64,000 bases of DNA. Source: Alphaproteobacteria bacterium. GTDB lineage: Bacteria > Pseudomonadota > Alphaproteobacteria > UBA828. The position numbers and the translations under genes were made by a program. Under the pieces are notes generated by a model. It ran no database searches. It was not told where the DNA came from and was given only the letters and a program-made list of their open reading frames with translations. Location of the stretch: contig CAXXVO010000009.1 of the NCBI GenBank assembly GCA_963422645.2, forward strand, positions 128,001-192,000. The letters are read 5' to 3'. Positions within the stretch are counted from its first letter, which is position 1. Every line of letters begins with the position of its first letter. Below are positions 19,696 through 29,029 of this stretch, piece by piece.

Positions 19696-21313
19696 CCCCA
19701 ATTATTCACGGCGTGTCTGATTTTGGGGTGGCGGACGTAGCGTAAGCCGTTGCCATCGGGTAGGAATTCGTTGTCCGAGCGTCTTCCTCTCCGAACAACG
19801 AAAACGCCACGCCCGCCATGACCGACGATAGCCTTCTCCCCTTCGATCTGCCAAGCGTCCAACGCAAGAAGGTGAGTGCCGCCTTCGATGGTGGCCTGAT
19901 CTCGTCTGACGGCGGCCTCGTCCTGTTGCGCGGGGCGGAGCGCCGCTTGCGCCTCGCCGAGACCCTGGCAGGCTGCATCCGCGACCGGCGCAATCAGGCG
20001 CAGGTGGTCCACTCGCTCTCGGCCATGCTGCGCTTTCGCATGCTGGCGATCGCCTGCGGTTACGAGGATGCCGACGACTGCGACGCGCTCCGCACGGACC
20101 CCCTGTTCAAGCTCGCCGCGGGCCAGGCGCCGGAGAGCGGGGGCGCGCTCTGCTCGCAGCCGACCATGAGCCGCCTGGAGAACGCACCGTCCCGCATCGA
20201 GGTGGCGCGCATGACGGCGGCGCTGGTCGATCTCTTCTGCCGCTCCTTTCCCGCCCCTCCCGCCGCCATCACCCTGGATATCGACGACACCTGCGATGCC
20301 GTGCACGGCCACCAGCAGCTCTCGCTCTTCCACGCCCATTACGACACGCGCTGCTTTCTCCCCGTCCACGTCTACCATGTGGAGAGCGGCAAGCCGGTGG
20401 CGGTCCTCCTGCGCCCGGGAAAGACGCCGTCCGGGCCTGAGGTCCGCACCCTGCTGAAGCATCTGGTCCGCCGTATACGCCGCCACTGGCCCCGCACCCG
20501 GCTCACCTTCCGCGGAGATTCCCACTACGGCCGCCCGCAGGCCATGGCCTGGTGCGAGGAGAACGGCGTCGACTACATCTTCGGCCTCGCGGGCAATCGC
20601 GCGCTGCATGCCCTCGCCTACGAGGTGGCCGACGACCTCAAGGTGCGCCGCGCCGAGGCCGGCGCAGACAGGATGCGCAGCTTCGCCGCCTTCGCCTACG
20701 CCGCCCGCTCCTGGGGCCGCGAACGCCGGGTCGTCGCCAGGCTAGAGGCGAGCACGCGCGGCTTCGACGCCCGCTATATCGTCACCTCGCTCAGCGGCGA
20801 GCCCCGCCATCTCTACGAAGTCCTCTACTGCGCCCGCGGCCAGGCCGAGAACCTGATCAAGCTGCACAAGGGCCAGCTCGCCTCGGACCGGACCTCTTGC
20901 CAAAGCCCGCTCGCCAACCAGCTCAGGCTGGTCCTGCACACCGGCGCCTACTGGCTCATGCTCGCCCTGCGCGACGCCATTCCCCGTGCTGCGCCGCTCG
21001 CCCGCGCCGAGTTCGCCACTCTCAGGCTGCGCCTGCTCAAGATCGGTGCCCGCGTCATCGAAAAGGCCGCCCGCATCCGTATCCACTTCTCCTCTGCCTG
21101 CCCGGACGCCGCCCTCTTCCGCCTGCTCGCAGGGCGCCTCGCAGCAGCAGGCCCCTGACCGCCGGGGCGCCGTGCCCCGTAAACCCGAACTCCCCCTCAA
21201 CCCCCAACGCCTGTCACAACAAAGCTCGAAACCGGATGCCTATGGCGTCAGGGGGAAAGCTCACGCCGTGCCATCGTGACCTCCAAAGGCAACGCAGGAT
21301 GAAGTAGGTCAGG
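19696..21313 (+). mobile_element. IS1380-family insertion sequence
   Basis: CC...GG ends with an imperfect IR. TTAA duplication at 19692-19695 and 21314-21317. Confidence 0.85.
19818..21158 (+). CDS. IS1380-family transposase
   Basis: FDGG.ISSDGG, GYED.DD, SQPTMSRLEN, LDIDDT, RGDS and Y.ARG.AEN.IK. Confidence 0.93.
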   Translation: MTDDSLLPFDLPSVQRKKVSAAFDGGLISSDGGLVLLRGAERRLRLAETLAGCIRDRRNQAQVVHSLSAMLRFRMLAIACGYEDADDCDALRTDPLFKLAAGQAPESGGALCSQPTMSRLENAPSRIEVARMTAALVDLFCRSFPAPPAAITLDIDDTCDAVHGHQQLSLFHAHYDTRCFLPVHVYHVESGKPVAVLLRPGKTPSGPEVRTLLKHLVRRIRRHWPRTRLTFRGDSHYGRPQAMAWCEENGVDYIFGLAGNRALHALAYEVADDLKVRRAEAGADRMRSFAAFAYAARSWGRERRVVARLEASTRGFDARYIVTSLSGEPRHLYEVLYCARGQAENLIKLHKGQLASDRTSCQSPLANQLRLVLHTGAYWLMLALRDAIPRAAPLARAEFATLRLRLLKIGARVIEKAARIRIHFSSACPDAALFRLLAGRLAAAGP

Positions 21314-21407
21314 TTAAATCGCTCGGAGAGCGCGCGGAGCGGTTCACCTGGATCCGAACCTCAAGAACCGCACAACTATTCCGACCCGTCGATTCTCGCG
21401 CTCTTCT

Positions 21408-21557
21408 TCAAGCGCTCAGGCAGCCTTCGACCGCCTCATAGAGGTTGCTCAGCAGTTCCTCGAAGGTCTCGCCCTGCGTCGCGCAGCCGGGGATTGCGGG
21501 CACCTCGGCCCAGTATCCCCCCTCTTCCGCCTCATGCACGATCACCTTCAATTTCAT
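21408..21557 (-). CDS. Short orphan HicB-like antitoxin (49 aa, possibly truncated)
   Basis: EEGGYWAEVPAIPGCATQGETFEE...N..EA motif. No hicA adjacent. Confidence 0.75.
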   Translation of the reverse strand: MKLKVIVHEAEEGGYWAEVPAIPGCATQGETFEELLSNLYEAVEGCLSA

Positions 21558-21647
21558 GGCTCGCTCCTCGCGGATACCGCCCTGCCGGCGGGCTCGGGGG
21601 ACCGCGCCATGATACCAACGCGCCCCCGATCCGGGTATAGGGACGCC

Positions 21648-22475
21648 ATGAAGCCTGCGCCCTTCGATTATCTGCGGCCGGACGACGAGGAGGAGGCGCT
21701 GGAGGCCCTTGCCGAGGCGGGGGACGACGCGCGGCTGCTCGCCGGTGGCCAGACTCTGATGCCGATGCTCAACATGCGGCTGGTGGAGCCGGCGGTGCTG
21801 ATCGATATCTCTCGCCTGTCGGGACGCGCCGGTATCTGCGACGACGGGAGCCACATCGAGGTCGGTGCGGCAGCGACCCAGGCCGATCTGGAGACCTGGC
21901 CCGCACTCGGCCGGCGCGCGCCGCTGCTGGCCCAGGCGTTGCCCCTGTTGGGCCACGTGCAGACCCGGAGCCGGGGCACGGTGTGCGGCTCCATCGCGTT
22001 CGCCGACCCGAGCGCGGAACTGCCGCTCTGCCTGGCCGTGCTGGGGGGCGAGGTCATGTTGCGCTCGCGCGCGGAAACGCGAACGCTGCAAGCCGCCGAG
22101 TTCCAGACCGGGATGCTGTCCACCGCGTGCCGCGAGGACGAGATGGTGGCGGCGGTGCGCTTCCCTACCGCAGAGCCGGGCGCGGGCTACGCCTTCACCG
22201 AGTTCGCGCGCCGGCACGGGGACTTCGCCATCGTCGCCGTTGCCGCCATCGCGCAGGCGAAGGGCATCAGGATCGGTGTGGGCGGTGTCGCCGAGAAGCC
22301 GGCGGTGGAGGAGTGGCCGGCACTTGCCGGCAGCGCCCTGGACGATGCGCTGAACGCGCTGGCCTGGTCGCTGGATGCCGCCGACGATGTCCACGCCAGC
22401 GGCCGCTACCGGCGCGAGCTGGTACGAAATCTCGGCAAGCAGGTGGTGCTCGCGGCGCAGGAGGCGCGGCCGTGA
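21648..22475 (+). CDS. hmfB: FAD-binding subunit (CoxM-like), furoyl-CoA dehydrogenase
   Basis: MKPAPFDY.RP, LAGGQTL.PMLN.RL, GH.QTR.RGT.CGS...ADP.AE and RRHGDFA. Confidence 0.8.
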   Translation: MKPAPFDYLRPDDEEEALEALAEAGDDARLLAGGQTLMPMLNMRLVEPAVLIDISRLSGRAGICDDGSHIEVGAAATQADLETWPALGRRAPLLAQALPLLGHVQTRSRGTVCGSIAFADPSAELPLCLAVLGGEVMLRSRAETRTLQAAEFQTGMLSTACREDEMVAAVRFPTAEPGAGYAFTEFARRHGDFAIVAVAAIAQAKGIRIGVGGVAEKPAVEEWPALAGSALDDALNALAWSLDAADDVHASGRYRRELVRNLGKQVVLAAQEARP

Positions 22476-22972
22476 AGCGGCTCGGCCAGGAGAGCCGCCA
22501 TCGGGTGGCGCTCACCCTCAACGGCCGCGAAGCCCAAGGCTGGGCGGAACCGCGCATGCTGCTGAGCGATTTCCTGCGCCACGAACTCGGTGCCACCGGC
22601 ACTCACGTGGGCTGCGAGCACGGGGTCTGCGGCGCCTGCACGGTGCGCCTCGACGGGGCCCCGGCGCGGGCCTGCCTGACGCTCGCGGTGCAGGCAGCGG
22701 GCCGGCGCGTGGACACGGTGGAGGGGTTGGCGCCGGAGGGCGAGCTGAACGACCTGCAGAAGGCGTTCCGCCGCCACCACGCGCTGCAATGCGGCTTCTG
22801 CACCGCCGGCATCCTGATGTCCCTCGACGCCTGGCTCGAAAGCCGGCCCACGCCGGACGAGGGCGAAGTCCGGGCGCTGCTCAGCGGCCACCTTTGCCGC
22901 TGCACCGGCTATTCGGGGATCGTCGCGGCGGCGCTGGACGTCGCGGAAGCGCGGCGGCGCGGGGATGACTGA
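22472..22972 (+). CDS. hmfC: 2Fe-2S subunit (CoxS-like)
   Basis: GCEHGVCGACT, QCGFCT and CRCTGY. GTGA overlap with the upstream gene. Confidence 0.82.
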   Translation: MKRLGQESRHRVALTLNGREAQGWAEPRMLLSDFLRHELGATGTHVGCEHGVCGACTVRLDGAPARACLTLAVQAAGRRVDTVEGLAPEGELNDLQKAFRRHHALQCGFCTAGILMSLDAWLESRPTPDEGEVRALLSGHLCRCTGYSGIVAAALDVAEARRRGDD

Positions 22973-24509
22973 TCTGGGCCGCACGCTGATCGCGGCGGCG
23001 GAGCGGAACCCCCGTGCGCTTGCCGTGGTCGATGGCGAGCGGCGCTTCGACTATGCCGCGTGGCTCGATAGGGCCGCGCGCCTCGCCGCGGGCCTCGGCG
23101 GCCTCGGGCTCGCGCAGGGCGACCGGCTCGCGGTCATCATGCAAAACCGGTGGGAGATGGCGGCGCTCCACTGGGCCAGTCAGCTTGCGGGCGTCGTCGT
23201 GGTGCCGCTCAACTGGCGAAGCGGTGCGGAGGAACTGGATTACTTCCTTGAGGATTCGGGGGCTGCGGCCTTGGCGTTCGACGAGAGTGCTGCGGCTGCC
23301 GTTGCGGGCTCGGCCTGCGCGGTCCAGCTCCGCCGTATCGCGGTGGGCGCCTCTCCCGGCGGCACGGTCGATTTCGGCGACCTGCTGGCGGCCCCGGCAG
23401 AGGCCACGCCGCGCGCAGGCGAAGACGACCTCTCGCTCATGCTCTACACGTCGGGCACCACCGGGCGCGGCAAGGGCGTGCCGCGCACGCACCGCGCCGA
23501 GCGTGCCTCGGCACTCGCCCACATCGCGCAGAACTGCTATCGCGCGGGCGAGCGCACGCTCGGCGTCATGCCGCTCTACCACACCATGGGCGTGCGCTCG
23601 CTGCTCGCGATGGCGCCGGTGGGCGGTGCCTTCGTCTGCCAGCAGCGCTTCGACGCGGCCGGTGCGCTGCGGCTAATCGAGGCGGAGCGGATCACCGCCC
23701 TCTACCTGGTGCCGACGCTCTACTACGACCTGCTGAGCAGCCCGGGGTTCGACGGCGCTGATGTCTCCTCGGTGCGCAAGCTGGGATTCGCCGGGGCGCC
23801 GATGGCCGAGGGGCTGCTGCGCCGGGTCGCCGATGCCTTCCGGCCCGAGCTCTTCGTCAACCACTACGGCTCGTCGGAAATCTACACCTTCACCATCGAC
23901 CAGAACGCGGCGGCCAAGCCGGGCTCGGCGGGCAAGGCAGGCATCAATCAGCGCATCCGCGTGGTCGAGATCGGCACCGACGACCCGGAGCGCACCGTCG
24001 ACGCGGGCGTCGAAGGCGAGGTGATCGCGAGCCTGGAGAGCGAGGAAGCCTTCGCGGGCTACTGGCAGCGGCCGGACGCGGACGCGCGCGCGCTGAAGCA
24101 GGGCTGGTATTTCACCGGCGATGTCGGCTATTGCGACGGCGACGGCGATCTCTTCGTGACGGGGCGGGTCGACGACATGGTGATCACCGGCGGCGAGAAC
24201 GTGCTGCCCGCCGAAATCGAGAGCGTGCTCTCGGTCCACCCGGCGGTGGCGGAGGCGGCGGTCGCGGGGCTCGCGGACGAACGCTGGGGGCAGAAGGTCG
24301 CGGCCTTCGTGGTGCGTAGCGGCATGGTGGACGCGGCGGCGCTCGACGCACACTGCCGCGCCTCGGTGCTCGCCGACTTCAAGCGGCCGCGCGCCTACGT
24401 CTTCGTCCGCGCCATCCCGAAGTCCCCGGTAGGCAAGGTGCTGCGGCGCAAGCTGATCGCGGGCGAGTACGACGAGGACAGTGAGTGCGGGGGCGGGAGA
24501 GGCGCGTGA
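22965..24509 (+). CDS. hmfD: Acyl-CoA synthetase, likely 2-furoate-CoA ligase
   Basis: YTSGTTGRGKG, NHYGSSE, FTGD, GRVDDM.I.GGEN and PKSPVGK. Confidence 0.8.
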   Translation: MTDLGRTLIAAAERNPRALAVVDGERRFDYAAWLDRAARLAAGLGGLGLAQGDRLAVIMQNRWEMAALHWASQLAGVVVVPLNWRSGAEELDYFLEDSGAAALAFDESAAAAVAGSACAVQLRRIAVGASPGGTVDFGDLLAAPAEATPRAGEDDLSLMLYTSGTTGRGKGVPRTHRAERASALAHIAQNCYRAGERTLGVMPLYHTMGVRSLLAMAPVGGAFVCQQRFDAAGALRLIEAERITALYLVPTLYYDLLSSPGFDGADVSSVRKLGFAGAPMAEGLLRRVADAFRPELFVNHYGSSEIYTFTIDQNAAAKPGSAGKAGINQRIRVVEIGTDDPERTVDAGVEGEVIASLESEEAFAGYWQRPDADARALKQGWYFTGDVGYCDGDGDLFVTGRVDDMVITGGENVLPAEIESVLSVHPAVAEAAVAGLADERWGQKVAAFVVRSGMVDAAALDAHCRASVLADFKRPRAYVFVRAIPKSPVGKVLRRKLIAGEYDEDSECGGGRGA

Positions 24510-25297
24510 CAACCAAAAGTCCTCTTGACGATCTCGACGGTTTCCGGGTGGAGGTCGACCACGCGGCGGCGCGCGCCGACATCGTGCTCGACCGCCCGCC
24601 GCTCAACGTCGTGCGCATGCCGCAGCGGGACCAGCTTGCCGCCGTCTTCGCCGCGCTCGATGCCGACGAGGCCGTGCGCGTGATCGTGCTCCGGGCTGAG
24701 GGGAAGCACTTTTCCAGCGGCGGCGACATCCCCGGCTTCATGACGCGCGCGCCGGAGCAGCTCGCGGTACTGGCGCGCAACGTGGCTGCGCCGGAGCGCT
24801 GTCGCCAGCCGGTGATCGCGGCGATCCACGGCTACTGCTTCGGCGTCGCGTTCGAGCTGTCGCTGGCCTGCGACTTCCGCATCGTGACGGAGAGCGCGCT
24901 GCTCGGGCTGCCGGAGCAGCGAATCGGCATGATCCCGGGCTCCGGCGGCTCGGCCCGGCTGGCCCGGATGATCGGCATCGGGCGCACCAAGGATATGGTG
25001 ATGCGGGCGAGGCGGCTCGCGGGCGCGGAAGCGCATGTCTGGGGCATCGCGCTCGACTGCGTGCCGGAGGATCGGCTTGCGGCCGTGACCGACGCGCTGG
25101 TGGACGAGCTCAAGGCGTTCTCGCCGCTCGCCCAGCGCACCGCGAAGAAGCTCCTCAACGAGGCCGAGGACGCGCCGCTCAGCGTCGCCATCGCCCTGGA
25201 AGGCGAGGCCTATGGTAGGCTGCGCTCATCGGCCGACTTCGCGGAAGGCGTCGCTTCCTTCACTGAAAAGCGCAAGCCGGTCTTCAAGGGAGAGTAG
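24506..25297 (+). CDS. hmfE: Crotonase-family protein, 2-oxoglutaroyl-CoA hydrolase-like
   Basis: LDGF.VE.D....RADIVLDRPP.NV..MPQRDQL, HFSSGGDI, PEQR.G.IPGSGGSARL and FSPLAQRTAKKLLN closely match HmfE as recalled. Confidence 0.82.
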   Translation: MTTKSPLDDLDGFRVEVDHAAARADIVLDRPPLNVVRMPQRDQLAAVFAALDADEAVRVIVLRAEGKHFSSGGDIPGFMTRAPEQLAVLARNVAAPERCRQPVIAAIHGYCFGVAFELSLACDFRIVTESALLGLPEQRIGMIPGSGGSARLARMIGIGRTKDMVMRARRLAGAEAHVWGIALDCVPEDRLAAVTDALVDELKAFSPLAQRTAKKLLNEAEDAPLSVAIALEGEAYGRLRSSADFAEGVASFTEKRKPVFKGE

Positions 25298-25304
25298 CGG
25301 TCGC

Positions 25305-26573
25305 ATGGACGACGCACCGCCCCCCGCAGCGACGGGCGCCGACACGGACGTGTCGGAAGGTTCGGCTTCGCCCGCCCGCCTCCGGCGCTTTCACCTCGAT
25401 CCGGTGGGCGGCATCGCCGGCGACATGTTCGCCGCGGCGCTGCTCGACGCCCGGCCCGCGCTTGCCGACGGCCTGCGCGCGACACTTGCCGGCCAGGACT
25501 TGCCGGCCTCTGTCGAGATCGCCATCGACCCGCATCGGGATTCGGCGCTGGCCGGTGTGCGCTTCAACGTGACGGCGCCGGAAGACGACGGGCACGGCCA
25601 CGTGCGGCTGGCGGAGGTGCGCGCGCGGCTGGAGGCCGCCCGCATCGAGCCTGCCCTGCGCTCGCGGGCGCTCGCGATCTTCGTGTTGCTCGCCGAGGCC
25701 GAAGGCGCGGTGCACGGGGTGGACCCGGCGGAGGTCACCTTCCACGAGGTGGGTGAGTGGGATGCGACCGTCGATATCGTCGCTGCCGCATACCTGATCG
25801 AGGCGCTGGGCCCGGCCCGCTGGTCCGTCGGTCCCGTCCCGCTTGGCTCGGGCCGGGTGCGCTGCGCTCACGGCCTGCTGCCGGTGCCGGCGCCTGCCGT
25901 GGTGCATCTCCTGCGGGGGCTGGTCACACACGACGACGGCATCGAGGGCGAGCGGGTGACGCCCACCGGCGCGGCCATTCTCAAGCATCTTGCGCCGGAC
26001 CCGGCGCCGGCAAGAGCGCCGGAGACGCTGGCGGGCGTCGGCACAGGCTTCGGCAGCCGCGCCTTGCCCGGCCTCAGCAACGTGCTGCGCGTTCTGGAGT
26101 TCGCGCCCGTCGCGCCGGCCGCAAGGCAGGAAGGGGTCGCGGTGCTGCGCTGCGAGATCGACGACCAGACACCGGAAGACCTCGCATTGGGTCTCGATCG
26201 TCTGCGGTCGCGCCCCGGCATCCTCGATGTCCTGCAATGGCCGGCCTACGGCAAGAAGGGCCGTATGGTGGCCGCGGTCCAGGTGCTTGCCGAGGCGGAC
26301 GCGCTCGACGGGGCGCTCGATGCGGTCTTTGACGAGACCACCACGCTCGGCGTGCGCTGGTCCACGGTTGCCCGCAGCGCGCTCGCGCGGGATGCGGCCT
26401 CCCACAGCGATGCGCTCGGCACGGTCCGGGTGAAGCGCGCGCGCCGGCCGGCGGGCACCGTGACCGCCAAGGCGGAGCTCGACGACCTCGCAGGCAGCGC
26501 GGGCCACGCGGTGCGCGAAGAGCGCCGGCGCGATGCGGAGGCAGCGGCGCGTGGACGGGGCGGCGATGACTGA
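25305..26573 (+). CDS. larC: Nickel-pincer cofactor nickel insertase LarC-like
   Basis: D...GIAGDM, AE..VHG.....V.FHEVG..D..VDIV, CAHG.LPVPAPA, E.VTPTGAAI, E.DD..PE, KKGR and ETTTLGVR. Confidence 0.9.
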   Translation: MDDAPPPAATGADTDVSEGSASPARLRRFHLDPVGGIAGDMFAAALLDARPALADGLRATLAGQDLPASVEIAIDPHRDSALAGVRFNVTAPEDDGHGHVRLAEVRARLEAARIEPALRSRALAIFVLLAEAEGAVHGVDPAEVTFHEVGEWDATVDIVAAAYLIEALGPARWSVGPVPLGSGRVRCAHGLLPVPAPAVVHLLRGLVTHDDGIEGERVTPTGAAILKHLAPDPAPARAPETLAGVGTGFGSRALPGLSNVLRVLEFAPVAPAARQEGVAVLRCEIDDQTPEDLALGLDRLRSRPGILDVLQWPAYGKKGRMVAAVQVLAEADALDGALDAVFDETTTLGVRWSTVARSALARDAASHSDALGTVRVKRARRPAGTVTAKAELDDLAGSAGHAVREERRRDAEAAARGRGGDD

Positions 26574-27387
26574 GCCGGCTTCCTCAGGCGCAGGCGCGCT
26601 GGGCGCGGTGCTCGACGGCGTTGGCCGCGCGGCGGTCGCGGTCAGCGGCGGAGTGGACAGCATGACGCTCGCGCTGCTCGCCGGACGCCGCCTGGGCCGA
26701 GAGAGCGCGATGTTCCACGCCGTCTCGCCTGCGGTGCCGCCGGAAGCGACCGAGCGGGTGCGCGCCTTCGCCGCGCAAGAGGGATGGCGGCTCACGGTCC
26801 TCGATGCCGGCGAGTTCGACGATCCCACCTATCGCGCCAACCCGGCGAACCGTTGTTATTATTGCAAAACAAACCTTTACGGCGCGCTTGCCGCCCGCAC
26901 TGACGCCACCCTGCTCTCCGGGACGAACCTGGACGATCTGGGCGACTGGCGGCCGGGGCTCAAGGCCGCCGGGGAGCACGGCGTGCGCCATCCCTTCGTC
27001 GAGGCCGGCATCGACAAGGCAGGGGTCCGCGCCATCGCGGCGGGCTTAGGCTTTGACGACCTGTCGCAGCTGCCGGCCGCGCCCTGCCTCTCCAGCCGCG
27101 TCGAGACCGGGCTTCGCGTGGAGGCGGACGACCTCGCCTCGATCCACGCCGCCGAGCGCTATCTCACCCGGCAGCTTCGGCCCGAGACGGTGCGCTGCCG
27201 CCGGCGCAAGGCCGGCATCGTGATCGAGCTCGACGCACCGACACTCTATGCGCTGAGCGAGAGCCGCCGCGCCGCGCTCGGCGACACCGTCGCCGGCATG
27301 TTCGCCACGGGCGCCGAGGCCCGGCCGGTCAGCTTCGCCCCCTACCGGGTGGGAAGCGCCTTCCTGAGGCCTGCGCAGCCGGCGTGA
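26566..27387 (+). CDS. larE: ATP-dependent sulfur transferase LarE-like
   Basis: PP-loop SGGVDS, NP.NRCYYCK, GTNLDDLGDWRPG and PCLSSR. Confidence 0.9.
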   Translation: MTEPASSGAGALGAVLDGVGRAAVAVSGGVDSMTLALLAGRRLGRESAMFHAVSPAVPPEATERVRAFAAQEGWRLTVLDAGEFDDPTYRANPANRCYYCKTNLYGALAARTDATLLSGTNLDDLGDWRPGLKAAGEHGVRHPFVEAGIDKAGVRAIAAGLGFDDLSQLPAAPCLSSRVETGLRVEADDLASIHAAERYLTRQLRPETVRCRRRKAGIVIELDAPTLYALSESRRAALGDTVAGMFATGAEARPVSFAPYRVGSAFLRPAQPA

Positions 27388-28055
27388 GCACGCCCACCGC
27401 CATCACCCTCGATCTCGAGCGCCGCGCGCGCATCGGCATCGAGGAGGCCGTGCTCTGCGAGGGCAAGACGGCGGAGCAGCTGGCAGACATCCTCGCGCGG
27501 GCGGAGGAGGCGGAGCGGAGCCTGCTGCTGACCCGTCTCGCCGCGGCCCAACTCGACGCCCTGCCCGCGGCGCTGGCCGGGCGCATCGACTACGAGCCGC
27601 TGTCGCGCACCGGTGTCTTCGGCACGGTCGCGGCTCCAGAAGGGGCTCCGCGGGTCGCGATCGTCTCCGCCGGGACCTCGGACCAGCCGGTCTGCCGCGA
27701 GGCCGCCCGCACTCTCGCCTATCACGGCCACGCTTCCGCAGAGATCGGCGATGTGGGGGTGGCCGGCCTGTGGCGGCTGATGGACCGGATCGACGAGATC
27801 AGAGCCTATCCCGTCGTCATCGTGGTCGCCGGCATGGACGCCGCGCTGCCCTCTGTGGTGGGCGGGCTGGTACCGGGCTTGGTGATCGCGGTGCCGACGT
27901 CGACCGGCTACGGCGTCGCAAGCGGCGGGTCGGCGGCGATGATGGCCATGCTCGCCTCCTGTGCGCCAGGGGTGGCGGTGGTCAATATCGACAACGGCTA
28001 CGGCGCCGCCTGCGCCGCACTGCGCGCGCTTCCGCTACTCGCCCGGGAAGATTAG
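27384..28055 (+). CDS. larB: NaAD carboxylase/hydrolase LarB (PurE-like)
   Basis: D..R..R.G..E.V.CEGK, AGTSD, DVGVAGL.RL, AGM..ALPSVV.GL, VPTS.GYG and NIDNGYGAA. Confidence 0.92.
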   Translation: MSTPTAITLDLERRARIGIEEAVLCEGKTAEQLADILARAEEAERSLLLTRLAAAQLDALPAALAGRIDYEPLSRTGVFGTVAAPEGAPRVAIVSAGTSDQPVCREAARTLAYHGHASAEIGDVGVAGLWRLMDRIDEIRAYPVVIVVAGMDAALPSVVGGLVPGLVIAVPTSTGYGVASGGSAAMMAMLASCAPGVAVVNIDNGYGAACAALRALPLLARED

Positions 28056-28103
28056 AGCGCCTCCGTCACTGACGGTCGCGCGACAGGCCGTGAGCGATAA
28101 AGG

Positions 28104-28895
28104 TCAGCCCGCGAGGGCGCGGGCGGCGGCGGTGCGCTCGTGCAGCCCGCGCAGCGCGCGCAACTCGTCCGCAGTCGGTGCCGGGGTCACGGTGAGGTCG
28201 TCGGCGACCTTGAGCGGCCAGCCGGTGGCGGCCAGCACGTCGTCGAGTGCCACGCCTGGATGGGTGTGGGTGAGAACCAGCTCGCGGCTCTCCGCATGGG
28301 GTTCGAGCACGCCGAGATCGGTGATGACCGTGCTGGGCCCGCGGCCGGGGAGACCTGAACGCTCGCGCCAGTCGCCGCCGGTCAGGTGGCCGGCCGAGGT
28401 CACGAACTCCACCTTCTCCACGAAGCCGCGCTTCGACTGGCGCATGATGACGAAGACCTCGCCGGCGAGCCCGGCGATCTCCGGCGCGCCGCCGGCGCCG
28501 GGAAGCCGGGTCCTGGGCTGCGCGTAATCGCCGATCACGGTCGTGTTGATGTTGCCGAAGCGGTCGATCTGCGCTGCGCCGAGGAAGCCCACCGTGATGC
28601 GCCCGCCCTGCAGCCAGTAGCGGAAGATCTCGGCGGTGGAGACCACGAAGTCGGCGGTCTCGGCGAGCTCGCTGTCGCCGATGGAGAGCGGCAGCACGGC
28701 GGGCTTCGCGCCGACGGTGCCGGACTCGTAGATCAGCACGGCGTCGGGCGCGTGGCTGACCCGGGCGAGGTTGGCGGCGGCGCTCGGCAGGCCGATGCCC
28801 ACGAAACACACGGTGCCGTTATCGACGAGCCGCGCTGCGGCGACGGTCATCATCTCGTCGGAGGAGAAGGGTTGCTCAGTCATGGGCGCAGTCAT
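28104..28895 (-). CDS. Family I CoA-transferase beta subunit (CatJ/GctB-like)
   Basis: FVGIGLP, LIYESG (catalytic Glu), GFLGAAQIDRFGNINTT and RLPGAGGA. Confidence 0.88.
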   Translation of the reverse strand: MTAPMTEQPFSSDEMMTVAAARLVDNGTVCFVGIGLPSAAANLARVSHAPDAVLIYESGTVGAKPAVLPLSIGDSELAETADFVVSTAEIFRYWLQGGRITVGFLGAAQIDRFGNINTTVIGDYAQPRTRLPGAGGAPEIAGLAGEVFVIMRQSKRGFVEKVEFVTSAGHLTGGDWRERSGLPGRGPSTVITDLGVLEPHAESRELVLTHTHPGVALDDVLAATGWPLKVADDLTVTPAPTADELRALRGLHERTAAARALAG

Positions 28896-29029
28896 AGCCG
28901 CGCAGAGCCCGACCGCGAAAGGGCGAATTTGTCCGCGCCCGGCGCCGCCCTTGCCCGCGCTCGGCCGTTGCGATAGGGAGACCAGCGAGCGGCGGACGCG
29001 GCGCGCCGCGCACGGCGGGACGAGGGGCG

